Of a stretch of 64,000 bases of DNA, positions 44,316 to 54,568 are shown one piece after another. Source of the DNA: Anaerolineales bacterium (GTDB lineage Bacteria > Chloroflexota > Anaerolineae > Anaerolineales > UBA11579); assembly GCA_963676155.2 (NCBI GenBank), contig CAXXOS010000001.1, forward strand, positions 509,984 through 573,983, in the 5' to 3' direction. The translations under genes were made by a program, and so were the position numbers. Position 1 is the stretch's first letter. Every line of letters starts with the position of its first letter. Under the pieces are notes generated by a model. It saw nothing but the letters and a program-made list of their open reading frames with translations. It did no database searches and was not told the DNA's origin.

Positions 44316-44957
44316 ATGCAAAAAAATAGGTTTGGCGTTTCTTTGTTGATTGTGGGGGGAGTGATTGTTTTGTTCATGGCGGTGGGGGTGATGGAACGAG
44401 ATATGTCTGTGGTGGAAGTGCCGGCAACGCAAGTGCTTTCTTTTACGAGCAATGAAATGACCTATGAGTTGAAGGGGTTTAGTGCTTCTGATGAATTCCC
44501 GATTTTGCAGGGGTGCGTGACTGTGCCTGATCAGCGTGGTTGGGTGCCGGTGGTGCAGTTGGTGAATGAGACTACGGGGGAGACGAGTGAGATGGGGAAG
44601 TATACGAAAGTGACGGATCCAGAAAGTGCGGATGCAAATAGAGTGTGTCATGAGATTTTATTCTATGATACTGCGGTGAACAAGGGAGATGTGGTGACTT
44701 TGGAAGTGCAGTATTTGGCGCATTATTTGGATTTGGTGAATGCTAGTGATTTGGCAAAGATTAAGGCTACGGTGAATGGACAATATCCTGCGTTGGATTT
44801 TGTGTTGGTGGTGGAGAATAATACGGGGGATGGGGGGATTGGGTTCAGGATTACGAAGAATCCGAATGGGGTGACGGATGCGGAATTGAATGAAGCGATT
44901 AATGCCGCGGCGATTGAGAAATATGTTTTGAATATTGAGATTACGTTGGAACAATAA
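44316..44957 (+). CDS. membrane-anchored hypothetical protein (paralog B)
   Basis: N-terminal TM helix. It shares LxGCVxxPDxRxWxPxxxLVNETTGE, RCHE..F.D.AVNKGDV and DLAKI blocks with paralog A. Confidence 0.6.
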   Translation: MQKNRFGVSLLIVGGVIVLFMAVGVMERDMSVVEVPATQVLSFTSNEMTYELKGFSASDEFPILQGCVTVPDQRGWVPVVQLVNETTGETSEMGKYTKVTDPESADANRVCHEILFYDTAVNKGDVVTLEVQYLAHYLDLVNASDLAKIKATVNGQYPALDFVLVVENNTGDGGIGFRITKNPNGVTDAELNEAINAAAIEKYVLNIEITLEQ

Positions 44958-44984
44958 GAGTTTGACAATTTAAATTAATTTATG

Positions 44985-45015
44985 AAAAAAGGACTGGTTT
45001 GAACCAGTCCTTTTT
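44985..45015. terminator. bidirectional terminator between convergent genes
   Basis: The ggactgg tttgaa ccagtcc hairpin is flanked by A6 and T5. Confidence 0.65.
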
Positions 45016-45020
45016 AGTTG

Positions 45021-47513
45021 TTATTTGCTTAATTCTGCGTCGATGCTCTCTTTGGCTTTTTTGACCGCTTCGTCGTTCTGATAGAAGACGAGATTGTCGG
45101 CTTCTGGATCGGGGGAGATATCAGCAAGGATTTTGTCACCTTTTTGATATTCACCACGGAGGAGCTTCATGGAGAGCGGGCTTTCTACATATTTCTGCAG
45201 GGCACGCTTCAGGGGACGAGCGCCGAATGCGGCATCGTAGCCTTGTTCGGCAAGCCACCCACGCGCGGCGTCGGTGAGGGCGACATGGAGGTCGTAGTCA
45301 CAGAGACGTTCGCGGATTTCGGCGAGTTGCAAATCGACAATTTCCATCATTTCTTCTTTGCTCAATGGTGAGAAGGTGATGATTTCATCAATTCGGTTGA
45401 GGAATTCGGGACGGAAGGTCTTGCGCAGGGCTTTTTCGATCTTGTTTTGCGCTTCTCGTTCTTCGTTGTTGGCAGATTGAGAGAGGAAGCCAAGGGTGCC
45501 TGATGAGCGCACGTATTCTGTGCCGAGGTTGGAGGTCATGATGAGGACGGTGTTGCGGAAGTCGACAGTGCGACCTTGCCCGTCGGTGAGACGGCCATCA
45601 TCCAAAATTTGGAGGAGGGAGTTCCACACTTCGGGGTGGGCTTTTTCGATTTCATCAAAGAGGATGACACGATAGGGACGACGGCGAACGGCTTCGGTGA
45701 GTTGACCACCTTCTTCGTAGCCAACATATCCTGGAGGCGCCCCAAAAAGACGGGAGGCTGTGTGTTGTTCGCGATATTCGGACATGTCGATGCGCACGAG
45801 GGCATCTTCGTCATCAAACATAAACTCTGCCAAGGCTTTGGCAAGCTCAGTTTTGCCAACACCGGAGGGTCCGATGAAGATGAAGGAACCGATGGGGCGC
45901 TTGGGGTCTTTGAGACCTGAGCGAGCACGACGAATGGCGTCTGAAATGGCGTTGATGGCGTCTTCTTGTCCGATGATGCTTTCATGGAGACGATCTTCCA
46001 TCTTGAGTAATTTTTCAGCTTCGGTTTCCATCATTTGTGAGACCGGGATGCCGGTCCATTGGGCGATCACTTCGGCGATGTCGTCTGTTTCGACGATTTC
46101 ATCGAGCTTGTGTTCTTCTTCCCATTTTTCTCGTTTTTCGTTAAATTCTTCTTCAATACGAAGACGTTCTGATTTTTTGGTGGCTGCAAGGGCGTAGTCA
46201 CGATCTTGACTGGCTGCATCTTCTTCTGCACGGAGACGTTCGATCTCTTGGCGCATAAATTTGAGGTTTTCAGGCAAGGAATAGAGGGCGACGCGTAATT
46301 TTGCAGCGGCTTCATCCATGAGGTCAATGGCTTTGTCTGGAAGACGACGGTCTGTGACGTAGCGAGCGGAGAGCTTGGCGGCGGCTTCGAGGGCTTCATC
46401 GGAGAAGCTAACTTTGTGATGGGCTTCATAGCGATCACGTAAGCCGTGCAACATGAGAATGGTGTTCTCTACGTTGGGCTCTTCGACAAATACGGGTGCA
46501 AAACGTCGCTCAAGAGCGGAGTCTTTTTCGATGTATTTGTGATATTCATCTAAGGTGGTGGCTCCGATACATTGCAATTCACCACGCGCAAGGGCGGGTT
46601 TGAGCATGTTGGAGGCATCCATGGCCCCTTGAGCGGCCCCAGCACCGACGACGGTGTGAAGTTCATCAATAAAGAGGATGATTTCACCATCGGATTCTTG
46701 GACTTCTTCAATGGACGCTTTGAGACGTTCTTCAAATTCACCACGGAAGCGAGCACCTGCGATCATGCCACTGAGGTCTAGGGAATAGACTTTTTTGCCG
46801 GAAAGGATTTCGGGGACGTCATCGGTGGCGATCTTGAGGGCGAGGCCTTCTACGATGGCCGTTTTGCCGACACCTGCTTCGCCGATGAGGACGGGGTTGT
46901 TTTTGGTGCGGCGAGAGAGCACTTGGATGACACGCAAAATTTCGGAATCTCGTCCGATGACGGGATCTAACTTGCCATCATGGGCGAGTTTGGTCATGTC
47001 TCGGGAATATTTTTCAAGTGTTTTGTAGCGGGATTCGGCGTTTTTGTCGGTGATCTTTTTGCCACCGCGGAGTTCTTGAATGGCGTCGTTGATGCGCTCG
47101 GGGGTGATGCCAAATTCTTTTAGGAAAGTGGCAGTGGGGGAGTTTTGCTCTTTGGCAATCGCGATGAAAAGATGTTCGGTGGAGATATATTCATCTCCGA
47201 GGCGATTGGCTTCTTCATTGGCCACTTCTGTGATGGTTTTGATGCGTGGGGTGACAAAAACTTGCCCGGCACCGCCTGCGTAGATGCTGACTTTGGGGCT
47301 GTTTCTGAGAAGTTGGTCTAATCTTGTGCGCATTTCACTGGTGGAGTTGTTCATGATTGTGATTAGTTGAGGAACTACACCATCTGGTTGTTCTAAGAGC
47401 GCCATGAGGAAATGCTCTGTATCAATTTGGTTATGCCCATAGCGTTGAATGATGCTTGCGGCTCTTTGGGCAGCTTCTTGCGCTCTTTCAGTAAATCTAT
47501 CAAATCGCATCAT
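45021..47513 (-). CDS. clpC: ATP-dependent Clp protease ATP-binding subunit ClpC-type (class I AAA+)
   Basis: Clp_N repeats, two Walker A sites ([16 protein letters not shown]), a short middle domain and the ClpP-docking tripeptide LGF. I prefer the start at 47513 (MMRFDRF), which has an AAGGAG RBS. Confidence 0.85.
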   Translation of the reverse strand: MMRFDRFTERAQEAAQRAASIIQRYGHNQIDTEHFLMALLEQPDGVVPQLITIMNNSTSEMRTRLDQLLRNSPKVSIYAGGAGQVFVTPRIKTITEVANEEANRLGDEYISTEHLFIAIAKEQNSPTATFLKEFGITPERINDAIQELRGGKKITDKNAESRYKTLEKYSRDMTKLAHDGKLDPVIGRDSEILRVIQVLSRRTKNNPVLIGEAGVGKTAIVEGLALKIATDDVPEILSGKKVYSLDLSGMIAGARFRGEFEERLKASIEEVQESDGEIILFIDELHTVVGAGAAQGAMDASNMLKPALARGELQCIGATTLDEYHKYIEKDSALERRFAPVFVEEPNVENTILMLHGLRDRYEAHHKVSFSDEALEAAAKLSARYVTDRRLPDKAIDLMDEAAAKLRVALYSLPENLKFMRQEIERLRAEEDAASQDRDYALAATKKSERLRIEEEFNEKREKWEEEHKLDEIVETDDIAEVIAQWTGIPVSQMMETEAEKLLKMEDRLHESIIGQEDAINAISDAIRRARSGLKDPKRPIGSFIFIGPSGVGKTELAKALAEFMFDDEDALVRIDMSEYREQHTASRLFGAPPGYVGYEEGGQLTEAVRRRPYRVILFDEIEKAHPEVWNSLLQILDDGRLTDGQGRTVDFRNTVLIMTSNLGTEYVRSSGTLGFLSQSANNEEREAQNKIEKALRKTFRPEFLNRIDEIITFSPLSKEEMMEIVDLQLAEIRERLCDYDLHVALTDAARGWLAEQGYDAAFGARPLKRALQKYVESPLSMKLLRGEYQKGDKILADISPDPEADNLVFYQNDEAVKKAKESIDAELSK

Positions 47514-47697
47514 AGTTGTAAATGCTCCTTTGTTATGTGAGTGTGAATAAATCGGTAGACGATTGAACCCCATTTAAGGGTGTTTAATCGTAATAGTTTG
47601 ATTTGAGGTGTGTTTTTCTTTTACACCTATTTTGTTAGCCTAATTTTAGGATAGCAATATTAATATTATAGAAGCGAACTATAAGAATTGTATCAAT

Positions 47698-48519
47698 TTA
47701 ATCACTCTCGTATTTTGGATGATGATGAGAGACATGATGGCGGACTTCGTGACAGGAGAGGCAATTGGCTTGGTCACATAACATGCTGAGAGGGTTCTCT
47801 TGGAGGTGATTTTGAGTGATTTTGAGCATTTTATCTAAGGGGTAGGCGATGAGATAGTCTTCTCCTATGCGCTCTCTTTTGGCGATTACGTTTAGATGAG
47901 GGCGGATGTGCTCAAAACCAGCTTGGCAAGTGGGGAAGTTCTCAAATTGTTTGATTCCGGTGGGGGTGAGCGCCCAACGAATTAGTTGGGGGCGCCCGGC
48001 ACGTTGAGCAGCGATGTGCAATGAGATGTTTTGGGTTTGATTTGCTCCGACTAATAATACCCATGTTTTTTTGTTTTCAAGATATTTGATGGGGGCGAAA
48101 GGATCATTGAGGGTTTGTTGGGCGAGGGTGGTGGGCAGGTTGCGCCCTGAGAAGGAAAGCACAGGATGACGGGAGCGTTCGGTTTCTTTGTTTTGTCGGA
48201 AAAATTCTGCAAATTCTCCTAGTTCTTCTGAAACGGGTAATTCTGGATCAAAAAATTCGGGAGAGTGACTGACTTTGAGGGGGTCATTATAGTTGATGGC
48301 GTTGTGCTCGGGCCCTTCGCGAGGGGTGACAAGGGTTTGCATGCTGAAGGCGGGCATGAGAATGCGATGATAGTTGGCGAAGAGGGCTGTGAGGATGGCT
48401 TGATTGCCACCGATGACTTGCTCAAATGCGTGGAGGTTGGCATGTACGATGACGGGGCTCTCTTCGGGGAGGGCGAGCAATTCAAAGGCACGATCAAAAT
48501 CACGAAAACTTATTATCAT
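47698..48519 (-). CDS. AAC(3)-family N-acetyltransferase-like protein with a Cys/His-rich C-terminal tail
   Basis: The N-terminal pattern PVIVHANLHAF...GGNQAILTALFANYHRILMPAFS resembles aminoglycoside 3-N-acetyltransferase family proteins. Tail: CDQANCLSCHEVRHHVSHHH. Confidence 0.45.
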   Translation of the reverse strand: MIISFRDFDRAFELLALPEESPVIVHANLHAFEQVIGGNQAILTALFANYHRILMPAFSMQTLVTPREGPEHNAINYNDPLKVSHSPEFFDPELPVSEELGEFAEFFRQNKETERSRHPVLSFSGRNLPTTLAQQTLNDPFAPIKYLENKKTWVLLVGANQTQNISLHIAAQRAGRPQLIRWALTPTGIKQFENFPTCQAGFEHIRPHLNVIAKRERIGEDYLIAYPLDKMLKITQNHLQENPLSMLCDQANCLSCHEVRHHVSHHHPKYESD

Positions 48520-48560
48520 GGATTTATTGTAGCGGATTTTGAAAAGGGGACAATCAAAAA

Positions 48561-49310
48561 TTAGGGGGTGATGATGGGACAGGTGGGGAAGTCATCTGGG
48601 TTGGTGTTTTGATTGAGGGGGAGACCAAAATAGGGAGACGGGTCATAGGTGTTTTTGATATCGAGTTCATTGAGATAGGCGCCATCTTTGTCTTTGACGA
48701 CGGAGATGTGGAGATGGGTGCCTGTGGGGTTGGCGGGGTTCCCGGAATAGTTGCCGACATAGCCTAGCAAAGTGCCAGCGGGGATGAATGCTTCGGTGGT
48801 GCCGGCGGGAAATTCTTCTGAGATGAGACTGTTGCCTTCGGTATCTGCCATGTGGGTGTAATAGGTCCAGATTTGACGATTGGGATGGAGTGGATCTGCG
48901 GGGATGCGAATGATGAGGGTGGAGATCCAATTGGATTCACGGGTGAGATAGCCATCATAGACGGAATAGATGGGTGTGGTGCCGACGGGGGTGCCGGGGA
49001 AGATGTCGATGCCGGCGTGGCGATGGCCGATGCGGTAGGATTCATCCCAAAGGCCGAAGATGACACCATCTGTGGGGAATTGGAAGGGGGCGTCGTTGCA
49101 GGTGCTTTTGGCGGTGAAGGTGACGGCAGTGAGATCTTGTTTGCCTTTGAGCCAGCTACGATAGTTGGACCAACGGGCGGAATTGGAGGTGCTGCGGAGA
49201 TAGCGGGTGACGGCAAAAAGGCCGGCAATAATGAGGAGGAGCAGGATGCTGGCACCAAAGATGATGATGGGGGAAAGACGTTTTTTTTGATTCAATGAAA
49301 TGGGTTTCAT
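48561..49310 (-). CDS. M23 family metallopeptidase
   Basis: N-terminal TM helix, with HAGIDIF and GTHLHISV motifs. Confidence 0.8.
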   Translation of the reverse strand: MKPISLNQKKRLSPIIIFGASILLLLIIAGLFAVTRYLRSTSNSARWSNYRSWLKGKQDLTAVTFTAKSTCNDAPFQFPTDGVIFGLWDESYRIGHRHAGIDIFPGTPVGTTPIYSVYDGYLTRESNWISTLIIRIPADPLHPNRQIWTYYTHMADTEGNSLISEEFPAGTTEAFIPAGTLLGYVGNYSGNPANPTGTHLHISVVKDKDGAYLNELDIKNTYDPSPYFGLPLNQNTNPDDFPTCPIITP

Positions 49311-49321
49311 TTTTTATTTAT

Positions 49322-49828
49322 TTAGTTCTCTTGAGATTCGTCTTTGGGAGGTCTTTGTACGGAGAAGAGAGTGAGGTTGGGGAGGGCTTTGATGCTTTCA
49401 GTGTTGCAGCGTACGACAGTGGTGGGGTCTCCGCCACCAGCATATACGATGTCGAATTGGAAGATATCGGGGTCGACAAGGGTGATGAGAGGTGTTTTGT
49501 GCCCGAAAGGTGGTACGCCACCATTGGGATAGCCACAGAGTTCGATGGTTTCTTCATTTTGAGACATGCGCATTTTTTTGCGATTGATGCCAAAGTGTTT
49601 GGCAAGCAGTTTGTAGTCGATCCGATAGGTGCCGGGGGCAAGCACGAGTACGGGGGTGCCATCGGCATTGAAGAGAATTGATTTCATGATTTGGTTTGGG
49701 ACGACATGCAGGGCATCGGCAGCTTCTTGGACGGTGTGGGTGCTGGTAGGCATGGGAATTACCTCGGCGTCGAGGTGATGGGTGGTGATGTAGTCTGCTA
49801 AGTCTTGAGGGGTGAGTTGTTTTTCCAT
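49322..49828 (-). CDS. YbaK/EbsC/ProX-type aminoacyl-tRNA editing domain protein
   Basis: ~165 aa. The K.ILF...G.PVLV...G and PFGH patterns are typical of the YbaK family. Confidence 0.7.
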   Translation of the reverse strand: MEKQLTPQDLADYITTHHLDAEVIPMPTSTHTVQEAADALHVVPNQIMKSILFNADGTPVLVLAPGTYRIDYKLLAKHFGINRKKMRMSQNEETIELCGYPNGGVPPFGHKTPLITLVDPDIFQFDIVYAGGGDPTTVVRCNTESIKALPNLTLFSVQRPPKDESQEN

Positions 49829-50048
49829 GGGGAAATTATACTTTATATTCGGAGTGTTTTATCCGATTTTTACAAATATTTAAGATGTTTTTAACTTGAT
49901 TTATTGCTACTATATTTGTGTTTTTACTAATGATTGTTTTAGGATTCGCTCTTTTTTCTTCATAATTTCTTTATATTTAGTTGTTATAGTATTTTTATTA
50001 TTCTTGATTTTATTTATTATTTAAATTGCTTATAAAAAGGAAAAAACA

Positions 50049-51221
50049 ATGAATCAGAAAAAAAAGAATTGGATTGTGGACGCAGTCTGTTTTGTTGGGT
50101 TCTTGCTCTCTTTGAAGCCATCCATTACTGGCTTTTCGATCCACGAATGGTTGGGGATTGCTGTTTGTGGTGTGTTGATTGTGCATTTGTTGATGCATTG
50201 GCGTTGGCTGACACGGGTGACTAAGAATTTTGGCAAAGTGAAGTTCAATGTGCAGTTTGATTATGTGGTGGATGTGATGCTGGGGCTTGGTTTTGTTTTG
50301 ATTTTGGCAACAGGGTTGATTATTTCGAATTTGTTGAGTTTGGTTATTTCTTATGATTTTTTCACGGTGATTCGAGTGGTGCATGTGTTTTGCTCTTATG
50401 CAACTTTTGCTTTAGTGATGGTGAAATTGGCGAAACATTTTGACTGGATTGCGAAGGTGACGGCAAGTGTGTTTGGCGTGAAGCTTGGGAAGAAGAAAGT
50501 TCCGGCTTTGGCGATTTCGGCAAATGAAGCGGCGCAGATTAAAAATAAAAGAAAAGATGTGCCGGTGAACCCTGCGCGAAGAGAAGCGCTGCGAATGTTT
50601 TTGATTGGTGGGGCTGGGGTTGCGTTGGCTGGAAAATGGACGGTAGATTGGGGGAGTGAGTATTTGGTGGACGCGCAAAGTTTGGATGTGGTTGCTGGCG
50701 CAGATGTGACGGCGACTGCTTCCAGCACAAGTGTGGTTCCCTCTGCAACTGCGACCGCAACTTCAAATGTGGTGGCGGTGTTGGACCCGCTTTTGGCAAA
50801 TGTGCCCGATTGCCGCAAGGGCTTGCAATGTGTTTATCCAGGTAGTTGCCATGAGTATCAAGATGTAAATGGTAATAATTTGTGCGATCTTGGGGAGGTG
50901 TTGGCTTTTGATATTGCCCAAGGGATTAAGGTTGAAGATGGGTTGGAAGCGGGCAATCAAAAAGGAAATGGACACGGACGTGGAAAAAATCAATCTGAGA
51001 GCGCTAACGCGACAACTTTTTCTGCTGAGACGAGCGTGCCTGATGCAACGCCAACGGCTTTGCCAACTCAAAAGACGGATAGTATCGTAGCACCTACGGC
51101 GGATGTGTTGGCAAATGTGTCCACTTGCCGGAAGGGATTGCATTGTTCTTTTCCGGGTAAGTGCCGTGACTATCAAGATATCAATACAAATGGCTTGTGT
51201 GACCATGGAGAAGTTTCCTAA
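50049..51221 (+). CDS. DUF4405-like membrane protein with two copies of a 4-Cys extracytoplasmic motif
   Basis: N-terminal HEWLGIAVCGVLIVHLLMHWRW (DUF4405-like). Two copies of CRKGLxCxxPGxCxxYQDxNxNxLCDxGE. Confidence 0.65.
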   Translation: MNQKKKNWIVDAVCFVGFLLSLKPSITGFSIHEWLGIAVCGVLIVHLLMHWRWLTRVTKNFGKVKFNVQFDYVVDVMLGLGFVLILATGLIISNLLSLVISYDFFTVIRVVHVFCSYATFALVMVKLAKHFDWIAKVTASVFGVKLGKKKVPALAISANEAAQIKNKRKDVPVNPARREALRMFLIGGAGVALAGKWTVDWGSEYLVDAQSLDVVAGADVTATASSTSVVPSATATATSNVVAVLDPLLANVPDCRKGLQCVYPGSCHEYQDVNGNNLCDLGEVLAFDIAQGIKVEDGLEAGNQKGNGHGRGKNQSESANATTFSAETSVPDATPTALPTQKTDSIVAPTADVLANVSTCRKGLHCSFPGKCRDYQDINTNGLCDHGEVS

Positions 51222-51487
51222 ATGGATTTGATGGATTGAGAAATAGCGCTTCGAAAAGAGGCGCTGTTTTTATTAAATAATTGCATATTGTCTAGCTCAT
51301 CATTAATCGTTATAATGTTAGGGTACGAATATGCGTTTGAGACGATTACCTAGTTTGTGTAGAAGAGGGGTTTGGTTAGGTGCACAGAATAGGTAATAAA
51401 AAAATATTTACTAAGTTTAATGTGTGTTAAACTCGCTGAACTTATTTAGCGATAAAAAATTATTTTATTATTATTGGAGATACCGCA

Positions 51488-54319
51488 ATGTCAGAACTAG
51501 TAGAAACTAAGCAAAAGACTGAAGCATGGCATAGTTATCCCTCCAAAGAAGTGGAAAAGATGCTCGATACGTCTATCGAGAAGGGTCTTACTTCTGAAGA
51601 GGCGAATCGCCGGTTGAAGCTTTATGGTGAAAATCAATTGAAAGAAGCACCCCCTCCTTCAATTTGGAAGTTGTTGTGGGATCAATTCAATGATTTTACT
51701 GTGATGCTGTTGATCGCTGCTGCTTTTATTTCTTTGATCGTGAGTATTATTGATGGTCATGTGGAATGGACAGAGACGATTGTGATTTTGGCGATCGTGA
51801 TTTTGAATGCAATTATGGGGATTATTCAAGAGCGAAGGGCTGAGCAGGCTTTGTCTGCATTGAAGAAATTATCTGCACCAGATGCGCAAGTGTTGCGTGA
51901 TGGTGTGCGTCAAACAATTCCTTCTCCTCAAGTGGTGCCCGGTGATGTGGTGTTCTTGGAAGCAGGAAACTATGTGCCAGCAGACATCCGTTTGGTGGAA
52001 ACAGTGAACTTGCGCGTGGAAGAAGCTGCTTTGACTGGTGAATCTTTGCCAGTGGAAAAACATGACCACTTGACGCTTGAAAAAGATGCTGGAATCGGTG
52101 ACCGAAAGAACAGCGCTTTTATGAGCACGATGATTAATTATGGTCGTGGAAAAGGGATTATTGCCAATACGGGGATGGACACTGAAATTGGTCATATTGC
52201 AACGATGTTGCAATCTGTGGAAGTGGAACAAACTCCTTTGCAACGCAAATTGGAACAATTGGGCAAGACCTTAGGGATTGGTGCTTTGGTTGTGTGTGGT
52301 TTGGTGTTTGCAATTGGTGTGTGGCGACATGATCCTGCACAACCTTTGGGCGAAGCAATGATTGAAATGTTCATGGTTGCAATCAGCTTGGCTGTTGCTG
52401 CAGTGCCTGAAGGGCTCCCTGCAGTTGTGACCATCAGCTTGGCTTTGGGTATGCAAAAGATGATTGACCGCCATGCATTGATTCGTAAGCTTTCATCTGT
52501 GGAAACTTTGGGTTCTGCAACCACAATTGGTTCCGATAAGACTGGTACTTTGACACAAAATGAAATGACTGTGACCCGTTTGTGGGTGGATGAAACTTTT
52601 GTGGATGTGAATGGAACGGGTTATGCTCCTGAAGGTGACTTTTCCATTGAAGGCAAACCTGTTGAAATGAAAGATCATCAAGGCGCTTTGACCGCTTTGT
52701 GGTTGGGCGTTTTGAATAATGACTCTGAATTGATTAAAAAAGAAGTGGAAGGTTTCACTGTCTATAATATCGTTGGCGATCCTACGGAAGCGGCAATGGT
52801 GGTGGCTGGTGCAAAGGCTGATGTTGGCTATTTGGACCTTTTGAAGGCTTATCCACGTGAACAAGAAATTCCTTTTGATGCCACGCGAAAGCGCATGACC
52901 ACGATTCATCGTGTTCATAACCCCCAAAGCGCAGATATCTCTCCTTTCAATGAAGATGATAAGGATGTCTATGTGGTGGCAGTGAAGGGTGCTCCGGACA
53001 TGGTGTTGGAACACTGTACACGCTATCAAGCGATGGATGACACTCAAAAGAAAATGACTGACCAAATGCGTACTACTATTTTGGACGCTAACAAAAAGAT
53101 GGCAAACGATGCGTTGCGTGTTTTGGCAGTGGCCTTCAAGATTGTGAAGGAAATTCCTGAAGATATTTCTGTCGATACTATGGAATCAGATTTGATCTTT
53201 GTTGGTTTGCAAGGGATGATTGACCCACCACGCGAAGAAGTGAAACAAGCTTTGTTGCATGCAAAAGGTGCTGGGGTGCGCACTGTGATGATTACAGGTG
53301 ACTACCCGGCAACTGCACGTGCAATTGCAAAATCAATTGGTTTGTATCGGGATGGTACGGACGTTATTACAGGACATCAATTGGAAGAAATGTCTGATGA
53401 AGAATTGGTGAGTGTGATTGATGATGTGGATGTGTTTGCACGTGTTTCACCAGAACATAAGGTGCGCATTGTGCAAGCGTTGCGTGCTCATGGCGATGTG
53501 ATTGCGATGACTGGTGACGGTGTGAATGATGCACCTGCACTTAAGCAAGCGGATATTGGTGTGGCAATGGGGATCACGGGTACGGATGTGGCGAAAGGTG
53601 CCGCAGACATGGTTTTGACCGATGATAACTATTCTTCTATTGTTTCGGCAATTGAGCAGGGTCGTATCATTTATTCTAATATTCGAAAGTTTGTGTATTA
53701 CTTGCTTTCTTGTAATATGGCTGAAATTATGATTATCTTCTTGGCAATTGTGATTGGTTGGGCAAGCCCGCTCTCCGCAATTCAATTGTTGTGGTTGAAC
53801 TTGATCACCGATGGTGCCCCTGCTTTGGCATTGGGGATGGAAGAGGGCGATCCTGATATTATGGATCAACCCCCACGTCCTTCAAGTGAACCGATTATCA
53901 ACAAGCGTATGACCATTGGTGTGGTTGTGCAAACAGTTGCGATTACGTCAGTGACTTTGGGTGCTTATTGGTGGGGTCATCATATTGAAAATGTGGCCGC
54001 AGGTGACTTCAATATGTTGGCATCTACGATGGCGTTTGTGACACTTTCCTTCTCGGAATTGTTCCGTGCTTATACTGCACGATCTGAACGCTATAGCGTT
54101 TTCAAGATTGGCTTTTTCTCTAACAAAACAATGAACTGGGCAGTGTTGTTCTCTTTGGCTTTATTGGTGGGTGTGGTTTATTTACCATTTGCAAATACAT
54201 TGTTTGGCACACAACCATTAGCCCCTGAGCATTGGTATGTTGTGGCACCGTTGATTTTGATTCCTTCGATTGCAGCTGAAGTTACAAAAGCTGTGGTGAG
54301 AAAGATGAAATTAGGGTAG
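51488..54319 (+). CDS. P-type ATPase, Ca2+-transporting (type IIA-like)
   Basis: DKTGTLTQNEMTV phosphorylation site, PEGLPAVVT (M4), TGDGVNDAPALKQADIGVAMG, 943 aa. Confidence 0.9.
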   Translation: MSELVETKQKTEAWHSYPSKEVEKMLDTSIEKGLTSEEANRRLKLYGENQLKEAPPPSIWKLLWDQFNDFTVMLLIAAAFISLIVSIIDGHVEWTETIVILAIVILNAIMGIIQERRAEQALSALKKLSAPDAQVLRDGVRQTIPSPQVVPGDVVFLEAGNYVPADIRLVETVNLRVEEAALTGESLPVEKHDHLTLEKDAGIGDRKNSAFMSTMINYGRGKGIIANTGMDTEIGHIATMLQSVEVEQTPLQRKLEQLGKTLGIGALVVCGLVFAIGVWRHDPAQPLGEAMIEMFMVAISLAVAAVPEGLPAVVTISLALGMQKMIDRHALIRKLSSVETLGSATTIGSDKTGTLTQNEMTVTRLWVDETFVDVNGTGYAPEGDFSIEGKPVEMKDHQGALTALWLGVLNNDSELIKKEVEGFTVYNIVGDPTEAAMVVAGAKADVGYLDLLKAYPREQEIPFDATRKRMTTIHRVHNPQSADISPFNEDDKDVYVVAVKGAPDMVLEHCTRYQAMDDTQKKMTDQMRTTILDANKKMANDALRVLAVAFKIVKEIPEDISVDTMESDLIFVGLQGMIDPPREEVKQALLHAKGAGVRTVMITGDYPATARAIAKSIGLYRDGTDVITGHQLEEMSDEELVSVIDDVDVFARVSPEHKVRIVQALRAHGDVIAMTGDGVNDAPALKQADIGVAMGITGTDVAKGAADMVLTDDNYSSIVSAIEQGRIIYSNIRKFVYYLLSCNMAEIMIIFLAIVIGWASPLSAIQLLWLNLITDGAPALALGMEEGDPDIMDQPPRPSSEPIINKRMTIGVVVQTVAITSVTLGAYWWGHHIENVAAGDFNMLASTMAFVTLSFSELFRAYTARSERYSVFKIGFFSNKTMNWAVLFSLALLVGVVYLPFANTLFGTQPLAPEHWYVVAPLILIPSIAAEVTKAVVRKMKLG

Positions 54320-54357
54320 TTAGAAAAATTTAGTTCGTTCTAAATTCTTTTCCAAAA

Positions 54358-54386
54358 AAAGCTGGTGCAATTGCATCAGCTTTTTC
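54358..54386 (+). terminator. rho-independent terminator
   Basis: agctggtgcaa / ttgcatcagct near-perfect hairpin followed by a T-run. Confidence 0.65.
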
Positions 54387-54492
54387 GTTAAGATGAAAGA
54401 TTTTGAATTGATATTTGTCAATTTAATAGGTGGTTTCTTTATGAAATATGTCATAAATTCGTTAGAAATCCATTAATCGAGAAAATGGTCTC

Positions 54493-54520
54493 TTGACGTT
54501 CCTTTTAATCATCCTAGAAT
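54493..54520 (+). promoter_or_regulatory. candidate sigma70-type promoter of the cbpA-htrA pair
   Basis: TTGACG, 16 nt, TAGAAT, about 50 nt upstream of the start codon. Confidence 0.4.
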
Positions 54521-54568
54521 TATTAATGATAAGAATATCTGAAGAGATGGAGAAGTGTATAAAACATT

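Noticed and set aside
51222-51487. 265-nt leader upstream of the P-type ATPase considered as a riboswitch (it contains an attaccta...taggtaat 8-bp pairing)
   Set aside because: I could not match it to any riboswitch consensus I know, and a single helix is insufficient evidence.
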